From Mobula hypostoma (taxonomy: Eukaryota): 64,000 nucleotides of DNA. The notes below the pieces were generated by a model, which made no database searches, was not told the DNA's origin, and saw nothing but the letters and a program-made list of their open reading frames with translations. The translations under genes were made by a program, and so were the position numbers. The stretch lies in assembly GCF_963921235.1 (NCBI RefSeq), contig NC_086109.1, positions 3,040,001 to 3,104,000 on the forward strand, in the 5' to 3' direction. Each line of letters opens with the position of its first letter. The stretch's first letter is position 1. Shown piece by piece: positions 20,731-32,619 of this stretch.

Positions 20731-21819
20731 ATGCTTGACTGGCTGTGCATTTCCAGCATTTTATAAGCTTATTTCCTGTACATTATTACTAGATAGGTAG
20801 GTACAAATGGGATCAATAAGATCCAAGCCCCAGCTTAGTCATGATCTCATTGAATGCTTGATAGGTTCAAGACCCCCAGAATTTTGTTGCTGACCCTGAG
20901 GAGGAAATGAGAACTTGGTATTGTAGACTTGTAGATCAAGGTGATGATTTTCTTCATCGGTTGTTTTGTCTTTAGGGTCTGGTTAGTTAGAGGTCAGAAA
21001 ACTCAGCAGGACAAATATGGCGAGGTAGGGGAACAAACATGGTTTTGAAAGCTTCCTGAGTATCTTTAAGGCTGCTGTTGTGTCAAAATGGAGAAAGTTT
21101 TCGGATTCAGCCCTGACCTGTTTGTGACTGTCTACCATCTTTTTATTGGCTCACAGTCTGGCTTTATTTTGAGCAGGCTGCCTTTGCAATTTTTGTTTCA
21201 AATTTAAATTGAGCAGGAACAGTCTGGATGACAGTCACTCCTATTGTTTGGGTTCAATCAATCTTTGTGTCTGAAATATTGAAGCTGGACTGACTCACAC
21301 AGTCCCTCAAGATGAAATTCAGGGCCTCCGGCAAAAAGAGGCAGCTTCAGTTGACAGATAATGGTTCCACATGCAGACAGAGAGCTGGCAACAGTTTCCC
21401 ACTAAGAGGAAGAGCCAGACTACAAAACAGCCACACATAGAGCACTTGCTACACACAGACACAGCCAAAACACCAGATCTGTAATATGCCCATCCCCAAT
21501 CCTGCCACTGGCTTTGGCAATAGGGAATGTGTTATTTGGTCTGAGTAAGGTGGGGCTTGGGGAGACTACCTATTCACTGAGTGTTCAGAAATTGTAGCTC
21601 AACTTGGAACAGACATTTGGATGGAGAAAAGACATCTGTAACTTGGTGGCTGGGGCCACGGCTATCAGCTGCTGGATCGTCTTCACTTGCCTCGGTGGCC
21701 CATGGCTGTGGACTTATTTTTGAGGATTCTGAGGCTTGATTTTGAATGTTCAGTGTGTTATTTGTTTGATTTTTGTTGTTTGTGTGATTTGTTCTTTCTT
21801 TCACACATTTAATAGCTGT

Positions 21820-21820
<1 letters not shown>

Positions 21821-21853
<33 letters not shown>
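21821..21853 (+). repeat. (GT)n microsatellite inside a family D element (about 21640-22000)
   Basis: Direct reading. Confidence 0.9.
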
Positions 21854-21858
<5 letters not shown>

Positions 21859-22019
21859 GCACGCACACATATGTGGGGGGGGGGCGCGGTATTCTTTAAA
21901 CAGGTCCCACTGTGTTTCTTTGCTTTTGTGGCTACCTGCAAGAAGGCAAATCTCAAGGTTACATAACGCTTACATACTTTGATGATAAATGTACTTTGAA
22001 ATGTGGGTTGAAGATACAA

Positions 22020-22530
22020 TTTGAATGTACAGGGACGTAAAATGTTGCAAAGAGCAGTGAACGCTTCCCGGTTCCTCAAGGACACATTGCCCCCCCCCCC
22101 CCACCCCTGCTCCACCATCTGTAGTATCTACAGGAGGCACTGTATCAAGAGGGCAACAACTATCATCAGCGGTCTCCACCATCCAAGTCATGCCATCTTC
22201 TAGCTGCTACCATTACGCAGGCGTTACAGGAACCTGAAGTCCCACACTACCAGGTTCAAGACCAGTTACCTCTGTTCAAACATCTGTTTGTTCAAACAAA
22301 TGGCAGACCACTAGGAACACCACAATTAGCATCACTATGACTGTTTTAATCATCTTGCACTAAAATTGACTTGTGTTTTTGTGGTGATTGCATTTTGTTA
22401 TAGAAATTGTATGCAATTAATGAATAATTTATGTTTTTCTTTTGAATGTTGTTTCTATGATGCCCTGGGCCTAATGAATTGCACCTGTGCATACATGGAC
22501 ATGTGCATTTGACAATAAGCTTGACTTTGA
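22020..22530 (+). mobile_element. Rex1-type 3' fragment
   Basis: RKMLQRAVN...IYRRHCIKRATTIISGLHHPSHAIF. Confidence 0.7.
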
Positions 22531-22596
22531 CATTGAGATACTCCAGAATTTGAGATGGGTTGAGGAAACGAGTAGGCCATCAGAGGAGAGCATTTG

Positions 22597-23098
22597 GTGT
22601 GCTGTTCAATGTCTTCGGCTCACATACATAGCTAGGGTGCTCCAAACCTTTGCACGGTCCTGTATTTGTCAGCATGGAGTGGAGAGTGAGTTTGTAAAAA
22701 TGGTGGGAGCACAAGATGTTGAGAACAGTGAGGGCGGAGTGCCGCAGGAGGGGTGTGGGACAGGCGGCAGTCGAGTAATGCCAGACACTGGGGATGGCGC
22801 TGGTGCAGAGACACCAGGCAGGGTCATTTGATTCAAAACAGCTGGTTTATTGAACATTACAGAGTGTCTCTCTGATGCTTCCCTCTCCCTTTCCAACCAT
22901 GATACCCCTCTCCCTGCCCCCTTCCCACTCTCAGTCCACAATAGAGACCCCTATCAGAATCAGGGTCATCATCACTCACATATGTCATGACATCTGTTTT
23001 TTTACTGTAGCAATATGGAAAATTACTACAGTACTGTGCAAAGGTCTTGGACACCCTAAATATATATCTATGTGCTTAAGACTTTTGCACAGTACTGT
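22597..23098. mobile_element. Composite element bounded by Tc1-like palindromic termini
   Basis: CAGTACTGTGCAAA...TTTGCACAGTACTG hairpin at 23030-23098 and a decayed one at 22597-22664; inverted copy at 24668-27567. Confidence 0.6.
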
Positions 23099-23480
23099 GG
23101 ATCTCAGTATGCTCAAGGAGTTGGGAACAGAACGTATAAATAACCCAAGGACTTGTGGCACTCACTCAGTGTAAGTGGAAGAAACAAACAAGGAAATGCA
23201 AAGCTTTGCAAAGTCTGCCAACAACTCTTTAAGCACAGACATGATACATGATATTTAGAAAATAAGTAACAACAGTTTTGAAAGAAATTATAAAGAGTTT
23301 ATCTGGAAATGACAGACCATTCACCTGGGATAAACATATAGCAGAGCATCAGGAAACAAGGAATGCTTCCAGATTAATCCAATTTAAAATAAATGAATTC
23401 AGCATGAATTTAAGAGGAAGTCATTCATTACAAAAACATGTAAAATATAAGTAAATTTATGCAAATGTGTGCAGTAAATA

Positions 23481-24255
23481 CACTCCGTGGCCACTTTATT
23501 AGGTACAGGAATGGAACCCGGTGAGGCTTCTGTAGCTGGAGCCCACCCACTTCAAGAATCAATATATTGTGTGTGTTCAGAGATGCTCTTCTGAACACCA
23601 GTGCTGTTAGACCATAAGACCATAAGACAAAGGAGCAGGTTGGCCATTCGGCCCATTGAGTCTGCTCCACCATTTTATCATGAGCTGATCCATTCTCCCA
23701 TTTAGTCCCACTCCCCTGCCATCTCACCTTGATGCCCTGGCTACTCAGACACCTATCAATCTCTGCCTTAAATACACCCAATGACTTGGCCTCCACTGCC
23801 GCCCATGGCAACAAATTCCATAGATTCACCACCCTGTTACGTGTTACTGAGTTACATTTGAGTTACTGTCGCCTTCCTGTCAGCTTGAACCATTCTGGCC
23901 ATTCTCCTCAGACCCTTCTCATTAACAAGGTATTTTTGCCCACAGAACTGCCACTGACTGTTGTTTTTGTTCCACACAATTCTCTGTAAATTCTAGTGAC
24001 CATTCTGTGTGAAGATCCCAGGAAATCAGCAGTTTCTGAGATACCCAAACCTCCCTGCCTGGCATCAACAATCATTCCACAGTCACTTAGATTACATTTC
24101 TTTCACATTCAGATGTTTAGGCTGAACAACAACTGAACCTCTTGACCACGTCTGCATGCTTTTATACATTGAGTTGCTGCCACATGATTGGCTGAGTCGA
24201 TATTTGTATTATTGAGCAGGTGTACCAGGGCACCCAGTAAAGTGGCCACTGAGCG
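23481..24255. mobile_element. Tc1/mariner-like non-autonomous transposon
   Basis: TIRs CACTCCGTGGCCACTTTA / TAAAGTGGCCACTGAGCG, TA on both flanks. Confidence 0.85.
23610..23833 (-). mobile_element. CR1 3' end inserted in the Tc1-like element
   Basis: 6-bp TSD CTGTTA (23604-23609/23834-23839); GACCATAA tail. Confidence 0.85.
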
Positions 24256-24667
24256 TATGCTCCAAGCTGTGACACTAGTCCGCGCTTCATCAGAAGCTTT
24301 CAATTAAAATTAAGTGTTAAATGTCCAATGAGTGGCCTCTCTCCTGTGACCCAGCTGAATTTGCACACTTCAACTGATACCAACTCTGTGGCGCTCAACT
24401 TGTTTAGAGTTTCACGCAAGGAGAGGGACAACTATCCAGGACTCTCACATTTAATTGCTGCTGCTGATGTTTTGATGTGCTCCCATGGGTAGCATTGGCT
24501 AAGGTTTCAACTCCCTTGCAGTTCTCAAGTTCCAAATGAACATCACCTCCGAGATCATGAATCACCACAAGACCATACGATGTAGGAGCAAAATTAGACT
24601 CTTCAGCCCATCGAGTCTGCTCCATGGACTCAACGCAAAGTGGGATCCATAAAGAAGAAAATAATTC

Positions 24668-27567
24668 ATAATACTGTACAAAAGTCTTAGGCTTGTATGT
24701 AGCTAGGGTGCCCTACTGCTCTGTACTGCTACCATCAAAAAAAGACTCATTTCATGACGTGTGTGAGTGATGATAAACCTGATTCTGATATGTGTCTCTG
24801 CTGCGGACTGAGAGTGGGAAGGGGGCAGGGAGAGGGAGTCATGGTTTGGAAAAGGGGGAAGGAGTGGGAAGCACCAGAGGGACATTCTGTAATGAATCAG
24901 AATCGGGTTTAATATCACTGGCATACATTGTGAAATTTGTTAACTTCATGGCAGCAGTACAATGCAATACATGATAATATAGAAGGAACAATGAATTACA
25001 GTAAAATATATATTAAATAGTTAAATTAAAAATAGTAGTGCAGAAACAGAGATAATAAAATAAAAGTGAGGTAGTGCTCACTGGTTCAATGTCCATTCAG
25101 GAATCGGATGGCAGAGGGGAAAAAGCTGTCCCTGAATCACTGAGTGTGTGCCTTCAGGCTTCTTCCTGATGGTGACAGTGGGAAGAGGGCATGCCCTGTG
25201 TGATAGGGGTCCTTAATAATGGATGCCACCTTTTTGAGGCAGTGCTCCTTGAAGATGTCTTGGACAATAAACCAAATGTTGGAATCAAATGACCTAGCCT
25301 GGTGGCTCAGTACTAGGTGTATCTGCACCCGCACCCACCCCTGCCACCCCAGCACTCCTGCTCTACCCCCGTCCCACAGCAATCCACCCCCGCACCCCAG
25401 CACTCCTGCTCTACCCCCGTCCCACAACACTCCACCCCGCCACCCCAGCACTCCTGCTCTACCCCCGTCCCACAACACTCCACCCCGCCACCCCAGCACT
25501 CCTGCTCTACCCCCGTCCCACAGCTCTCCACCCCGCCACCCCAGCACTCCTGCTCTACCCCGTCCCACAGCACTCCACCCCGCCACCCCAGCACTCCTGC
25601 TCTACCCCCGTCCCACAGCAATCCACCCCCGCACCCCAGCACTCCTGCTCTACCCCGTCCCACAACACTCCACCCCGCCACCCCAACACTCCTGCTCTAC
25701 CCCGTCCCACAACACTCCACCCCGCCACCCCAACACTCCTGCTCTACTCCCGTCCCACAGCTATCCACCCCCCCACCCCAGCCCTCCTGCTCTACCCCCG
25801 TCCCACAGCTCTCCCACCCCCCCACCCCAACACTCCTGCTCTACCCCCGTCCCACAGCTCTCCACCCCGCCACCCCAGCACTCCTGCTCTACCCCGTCCC
25901 ACAGCACTCCACCCCGCCACCCCAGCACTCCTGCTCTACCCCCGTCCCACAGCAATCCACCCCCGCACCCCAGCTCTACCCCGTCCCACAGCACTCCACC
26001 CCGCCACCCCAGCACTCCTGCTCTACCCCCGTCCCACAGCTCTCCACCACCCCACCCCAGCACTCCTGCTCTACCCCCGTCCCACAACACTCCACCCCGC
26101 CACCCCAACACTCCTGCTGTACCCCATCCCACAGCTCTCCACCCCACCACCCCAGCACTCCTGCTCTACCCCGTCCCACAGCTCTCCACCCCGCCACCCC
26201 AGCACTCCTGCTCTACCCCGTCCCACAGCTCTCCACCCCGCCACCCCAGCACTCCTGCTCTACCCCCGTCCCACAGCAATCCACCCCCGCACCCCAGCAC
26301 TCCTGCTCTACCCCCATCCCACAGCTCTCCACCCCCCCACCCCAGCACTCCTGCTCTACCCCCATCCCACAGCTCTCCACCCCGCCACCCCAGCACTCCT
26401 GCTCTACCACCCCACCCCAGCACTCCTGCTCTACCCCGTCCCACAGCTCTCCACCCCGCCACCCCAGCACTCCTGCTCTACCCCCGTCCCACAGCTCTCT
26501 ACCACCCCACCCCAGCACTCCTGCTCTACCCCCGTCCCACAGCTCTCCACCCCGCCACCCCAGCACTCCTGCTCTACCCCCATCCCACAGCTCTCCACCC
26601 CCCCACCCCAGCACTCCTGCTCTACCTCCATCCCACAGCTCTCCACCCCGCCACCCCAACACTCCTGCTCTACCCCCGTCCCACAGCTCTCCACCACCCC
26701 ACCCCAGCACTCCTGCTCTACCCCCGTCCCACAGCTCTCCACCCCGCCACCCCAGCACTCCTGCTCTACCCCGTCCCACAGCTCTCTACCACCCCACCCC
26801 AGCACTCCTGCTCTACCCCGTCCCACAGCTCTCCACCCCGCCACCCCAGCACTCCTGCTCTACCCCTCCGTCCCACAGCTCTCCACCCCCCACCCCAGCA
26901 CTCCTGCTCTACCCCGTCCCACAGCTCTCCACCCCCCACCCCAGCACTCCTGCTCTACCCCGTCCCACAGCTCTCCACCCCGCCACCCCAGCACTCCTGC
27001 TCTACCCCCCGTCCCAAGCACTCCACCCCCCCACCCCAGCACTCCTGCTCTATCCCCCCGTCCCACAGCTCTCCACCCCGCCACCCCAGCACTCCTGCTC
27101 TACCCCCATCCCACAGCTCTCCACCCCCCCACCCCAGCACTCCTGCTCTACCTCCATCCCACAGCTCTCCACCCCCCCACCCCAGCACTCCTGCTCTACC
27201 CCGTCCCACAGCTCTCCACCCCCCCACCCCAGCACTCCTGCTCTATCCCCCCGTCCCACAGCTCTCCACCCCGCCACCCCAGCACTCCTGCTCTACCCCC
27301 GTCCCACAGCTCTCTACCACCCCACCCCAGCACTCCTGCTCTACCCCCGTCCCACAGCTCTCCACCCCCCACCCCAGCACTCCTGCTCTACCCCCGTCCC
27401 ACAGCTCTCCACCCCGCCACCCCAGCACTCCTGCTCTACCCCCGTCCCACAGCTCTCCACCCCGCCATTCCCAACATACTTTGCTCTCACCGGAGCTCTC
27501 TGCTCCATGTTGACAAATACAGTCTGAGTCACCCTGTATGTACTTCAGACTTTTGCATAGTATGGTA
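24668..27567. mobile_element. Second copy of the composite TIR element, with a Rex1 insertion (about 24897-25264) and a minisatellite
   Basis: 24740-24895, 25265-25340 and 27468-27525 are the reverse complement of parts of 22660-23000. Confidence 0.65.
25343..27467. repeat. 47-48 bp C-rich minisatellite, about 44 copies
   Basis: Unit CCCCAGCACTCCTGCTCTACCCCCGTCCCACAGCTCTCCACCCCGCCA. Confidence 0.97.
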
Positions 27568-28164
27568 TCTGAACAATCTATAACCATCCCAGAGGACACG
27601 AATGACAAATATTTACTCCAGAGCTTCTGCTGATAACTTCACAGATCTCTTCAGTGGCAGTGTGGCTGAAGTATTCAACACACGCTTTAGCCACAGGCTG
27701 AGACCGCTCGAATACTGTGTACGCAGCAGCTTGGTTTTGTATTGCTTTAGCTCCTGCTGGGGTTACAGGAGAGTGATTCAGTGACTCAGTGGGAGGGTGA
27801 AAAGGGGTTTATGGCCAAGAAGATCCCCATGTTTCACCTTGGGAATCTAAAGCAAAATTGACTCTTCTTCCTTTAAAAGGAATTTTAAATTGGACTGTTT
27901 ACCATGCTTTGTGATTCCTTTTTCTTCAATCTTTATATTTGGTTTATTTAAGGAAAACTTTAGATTAAAAGGTGTTGCTTGAAATGTTGAGTACTAAGCC
28001 TGAGGAAAGAGAAAGTTTTAAAAACAGAAACAGACGATGAATAAATTGACATGGAGAGAGAATCAATCATGCAAACAAATTAATAGGAAATATAGAAAGA
28101 GGAACATGAGCATCTGTGAGTTTGTAATAAGGTAAGGCAAGGGGTTGGGGATATGTGGGGGTAC

Positions 28165-28435
28165 GGGTGCAGCTCTGTAGTGTAGTGGCTAGCACGATGC
28201 TTTACAGTACAGGCGGCCCAGGTTTGCTCCTGTATGGGTTTGTATGTCCTCCTCATGGGTTTTCTCCGGGTGCTCCAGTTTCTGCCCACGGTCCAAAGAT
28301 GTACCATTTGCTAGGTTAATTGGTCATTGTAAATTGTCCTGTGATTAGGCTAGAATTAAATCAGGGGATTGCTGGGCTGTGCAGCTCAAAGGGCCGGAAG
28401 GGCTTATTCTATGCTGTATCTCAATAAATAAATAA
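28165..28435 (+). mobile_element. tRNA-derived V-SINE (HE1-like)
   Basis: A-box-like TAGTGTAGTGG, V-domain GGGTTTTCTCCGGGTGCTCCAGTTTCTGCCCAC..CCAAAGATGT, (AATA)n tail. Confidence 0.8.
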
Positions 28436-28554
28436 TGTTGGATTCATGGAGACAATGGCAGAGGTTGTGATGGGGCACAGAGAAATGGGAAAGGATGTTT
28501 TTACCTGTCGTCACTGCTCAGTGTACATGGAGTACAATAAAGATGGGAGAGGGC

Positions 28555-28741
28555 AAATATCTGATAGAGTCCCGGCCTCAAGAACAGATATCTGATGGAG
28601 TCCCGGCCTCATGAACAGATATCTAATACAGTCCCGGCCTCATGAACAGATATCCGATAGAGTGCCGGCCTCATTGACAGATATCTAATACAGTCCCGGC
28701 CTCATGAACAGATATCCGATAGAGTCCTGGCCTCATGAACA
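28555..28741. repeat. 31-bp minisatellite, about 6 copies
   Basis: Unit GAACAGATATCTGATAGAGTCCCGGCCTCAT with variants. Confidence 0.9.
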
Positions 28742-28808
28742 ACTATGGCATGGTAGCAGACCCTTCTGCCCAATAATTCCATGCCAACCAAAACCATCCA
28801 GTCACATT

Positions 28809-29140
28809 CGTTCGTTATGTGCCATGTCACACGACCATGTTTGTTCTTGGCAAGTTTTTCTACGGAAGTGGTTTGCCATTGCCTTCTTCTGCATCGTGTC
28901 TTTACAAGACGGGTGACCCCAGCTATTATCAACACTCTTCAGAGACTGTCTGCCTGGCATCAGTGGAGCGTAACCAGGACTTGTGATCTGCACCGGCTGC
29001 TCCCATGGGTTCTCGTGACACTGATCGGGTGGGAGGCTAAGCAGGTGCTACATCTTGCCCAAGGGTGAGCTGCAGGGTAGTGGAGCAAAGGAGCACCTCA
29101 CATCTTCTTTGGTAGAGACGTATCTCCATCCTGTCACCCC
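28809..29140 (-). mobile_element. RTE/BovB-like SINE family C
   Basis: TSD CA(G/A)TCACATT (28799-28808/29141-29150). Confidence 0.75.
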
Positions 29141-29260
29141 CAATCACATTAGCATGACAATAATCCCACTTACTGTTCCTCCCATATTCTTATCAACTCC
29201 CCCCTTCCCCATATTATACCACTTACTAAACACATGGAATGACAAACTAACTCACCAACC

Positions 29261-29488
29261 TGTCACGGCCCCAACCGAACAAGTGAAGGTGTCCAAGTTT
29301 CAGTACTCCAGTTCCGGCCTCTTTAAGAATCAGACTGCCAATTACTGCCGGACACATTCCTGCATGGAAAGTCTGCACTTCAAGGCCAGCTGTGGCATTC
29401 TCTTTCTAGTACTACTGTTTGTGATATTGTTGTTGTCAGACCTTGCTCTGCACTTGAGCTCACCACCGTCCACAGCTCTCTTGTTGCA
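29261..29488. mobile_element. Possible small solo LTR inside a minus-strand V-SINE (V-domain about 29490-29630)
   Basis: TGTCA...TGCA with flanks CAACC/CAGCC; host appears to resume. Confidence 0.35.
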
Positions 29489-29759
29489 CAGCCTGCATGT
29501 GTTTGGGGTGTGGGAGAAAACCAGGGTAAGTCAACTTGGTCGGAGGCAGAACGTGCAAACTCCACATGAGCAGTACCTGATGCGGGGATTGAACTCGTGT
29601 CTCTGAAGCTGTTGGGAAGCTGCTGTACCCCTCTTGTTTCATTGTTACTTCCCTTTTTTTTTGGAAAGGTTATTCCTACATTTATCAGGGATTTCCCTCT
29701 CATGGTAACCAGCTTTTACTTTCTGGTATTGTAGTGGTGGTGTTTTGCAATGGTACCCT

Positions 29760-30165
29760 ATCAATGTCCGTGACCTCCTCCTGCCAAGATGAAGCCACCC
29801 TCAGGATGGAAGAACAACACCTTATATTGCATTTGAGTATCCTCCAACCTGAAGGCATGTACATTGATTTCTCATTCTGGTGAACAACTCCCCCCTCCCT
29901 GCCTCCATCCCTCTATTCCCCACTTTGACCTTTCACTTCTTCTCACCTTCCCATCATTTCCCCTGGGACCCCTCCTCCTCGCCTTTCTCCTATTGTCCAC
30001 TCTCATCTCCTGTCAGATTCTTTCTTCCCCAACCCTGTCCTTTCCCACCCATCTGGCTTCCCTTGTCACCTTCCAACTCGCCTCGCTACCCTCCTCCCAC
30101 GTTTTTATTCAGGCATCTTCCCCCTACCTTTTCAGTCCTGAAGGAGGGTCTCAATCCAAAACTTC
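29760..30165 (+). mobile_element. Penelope-like element 3' end (ORF C-terminus plus pLTR)
   Basis: EATLRMEEQHLILHLSILQPEGMYIDF resembles the PLE GIY-YIG C-terminus; pyrimidine tract; decayed hammerhead AGTCCTGAAGGAGGG. Confidence 0.7.
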
Positions 30166-32218
30166 CCTTTGTAACCTATGACAACCTTTTACACTCTCCT
30201 CAACACCACCGGCCTTCGTATCATCTGTAATCTGAGTAATGCACCCTATCACTTCCTCCTTCAAGTAATTTATAAAGATTGCAAAGATTATTGGGTCAAA
30301 AAACTCTTCTCTGTGGAACACAACAAGATACTGACCTCCAGGCAGAATGTGCTCCTTCTTCAACCACCCTTTGCCTTCTGCAGGCAAGAGAATTCAGAAT
30401 CTAGGCTGCCAAATTTCCATGGATCCCCAGCCTCCAGACTTTCTGGATGAGCTCACTATCCAAATTCCAGCCAAATACTACCTTAATGTTAAACCACTCA
30501 TGGTGACCACCTTTGGAACTCTGTTCTTTATTTAAATTTGGACCAAAACTGTGAAGAGTTCCAAGATTGTATGTTCCTCACAGAAGCTTAAGTGGGACAT
30601 CAGTGAACAAGTTACTGCTGAGTAAAGGTGGCATGATAGAACATTTGGTGGCCTTTCCATCACCATATTGGTGAATGATGGCAGACTGGATGGACATAAT
30701 GAGATGGGATTTGTCCTCCTTAATGGGACTGGAACATCCCTAGGCAATTTCCCATGCTTTTGAGATGCCAATACTATAACTCTACTGGAATAGTTCAGCT
30801 AAAATGCTGGTCCTCAGTACTATTGTTGAGATGTTTCTGGTCCTGTGGTCTTTGCAGTATCCAGAGGTCCCAGCTGTTTCTTCCTATCACAGGGGGTCGG
30901 TGGTCTGGAAACTGTTGTTCTCTTCCTGCTGTGTGTATTACACACCTCCCACATCCTCCTTCCTACATTCTCCCTCTGAAGCTGTTCGCTTTCACTCATT
31001 GAGCAGATCAATCTGTTCCCCTCAGTCATGCTGAATTTACCCCAGCAGAGGACCCCCCCCACCCTCCCTGCAGGTTCTTCTGTCTCCTGCACAGTTCTGA
31101 CAAAAGGTTTCCAACCTGAAGCATTAACTGTTCCTCTTCTCACAGACGTGGCCTCTCTGTGCTTTTTAAATCTCCCGTTGACTTTGCTAACGTAGGAATG
31201 CACTTGTGTTTTCTGCAGAACCACCTGTCAAACCCCAGCCCCATCAAACTGGATAGCTCCCTGAAATATTATAGCCTTTGTTAGAAAGCATTACAGGCAA
31301 GATTCAGGTTGATGAGGTGGTTTGACATTGAGTTCCTTCAGACCATATTAAAGATGCTACAGGGAGGTATACAAAATACCTTTTCCACTGGGGAGCACCG
31401 CCCCCGTGAAGTTCAAGCACGCTGCAGGGAATGCGAATCAATATTTTACTCATCAAAATATCTTCATTTCTGCTTATTGCTAAACTGATGCATATTCTTC
31501 CACAAATAAATTTAAATGAGTTCCCTCAGAATTCCACAGCCCAGCAGGAGTTGTTAGAAATTATTACCACAGTTAGATTTTAATGAATTAGAGGAATTGG
31601 GTTACAGTACAATGAAGCAGATCAGACTCTGCGTGTGTCAGTCTAATTACTTCTCCCCTGGTAACTCTGAAATCAGCATCTGATTGAAGAAATTCTCTCT
31701 CCCCCCCCCCCCCACCAGCTCCTCCCTCTGCACATTTTGCCTACTGTTTGTTGCCCTGCCAGGTGTAAAGTACCTCCATAATTTAAACATTTGGAATTAA
31801 ACTGTAAATAAAACTTAACAGTGTGACAAAGCTATCCGTGAAAGATTTTATGGCAATGAATTTTCCATGAGCAATGGTACGGAAAGCAGCCCTTACCCAC
31901 TTACACACGGAGGAGAGGCAGCAACTGTAGTTCAAATCACGAGAGCTACACAGTGTAAGACCCTCTTTCTCCCAGAGTCAGGAACTGTAGGTGTGTTTGC
32001 CCCAGGAATAAGTTCATGTTGAAAACAAAGATTCATTCATCCAAACCGTGGAACTACAGGATGCTCTGACAGGAGGCCATTCAGCCCATTGTGCACATAG
32101 GGCCTCACTGGATACAATTAAACATTACCCATACTGCTGCCTATCCATCGGTTTAAAATGTTGATATGCAGATGGGCAATGGCTTACTAATGGTTCATGC
32201 AGCAAGAAAACAATTAAA

Positions 32219-32527
32219 AAAGGCATCCGTTAGTCTTGCGAGACTATGGATCTGTGTCTGGAAAGTCTTCACTCTCCAGGGCGCGGGCCTGGGCAAGGTT
32301 GTATGGAAGACCGGCAGTTGCCCATGCTGCAAGTCTCCCCTCTCCATGACACCGATGTTGTCCAAGGGAAGGGCATTAGGACCCATACAGCTTGGCACCA
32401 GTGTCGTCACAGAGCAATGTGTGGTTAAGTGCCTTGCTCAAGGACACACACGCTGCCTCAGCTGAGGCTCGAACTAGCGACCTTCAGATCGCTAGTTGAA
32501 CGCCTTAACCACTTGGCCACATGCCCA
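32219..32527 (-). mobile_element. Young tRNA-derived SINE with CORE-like segment and RTE-like tail
   Basis: 16-bp TSD CAAGAAAACAATTAAA (32203-32218/32528-32543); A box TGGCCAAGTGG, B box GTTCGAGCC; GTGTCCTTGAGCAAGGCACTTAACC. Confidence 0.85.
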
Positions 32528-32619
32528 CAAGAAAACAATTAAACACTTTATAATAACTGTTTTTCTGTGGAAAATTGTGGTAAACAGTCACCACAAACAA
32601 CGAAGAGGCAAGCGAGGTT

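Noticed and set aside
25343..27467. CRISPR-like array (also the 31-, 68- and 86-bp repeats)
   Set aside because: Contiguous tandem units with no unique spacers, no cas genes, eukaryotic context
25219..27527. 764-aa and 736-aa Pro/His/Ser-rich ORFs
   Set aside because: Artefacts of a stop-free 47/48-bp minisatellite; unit indels swap the repeating peptide between frames
32455..32527. tRNA gene
   Set aside because: It is the tRNA-derived head of a TSD-bounded SINE and runs straight into the SINE body
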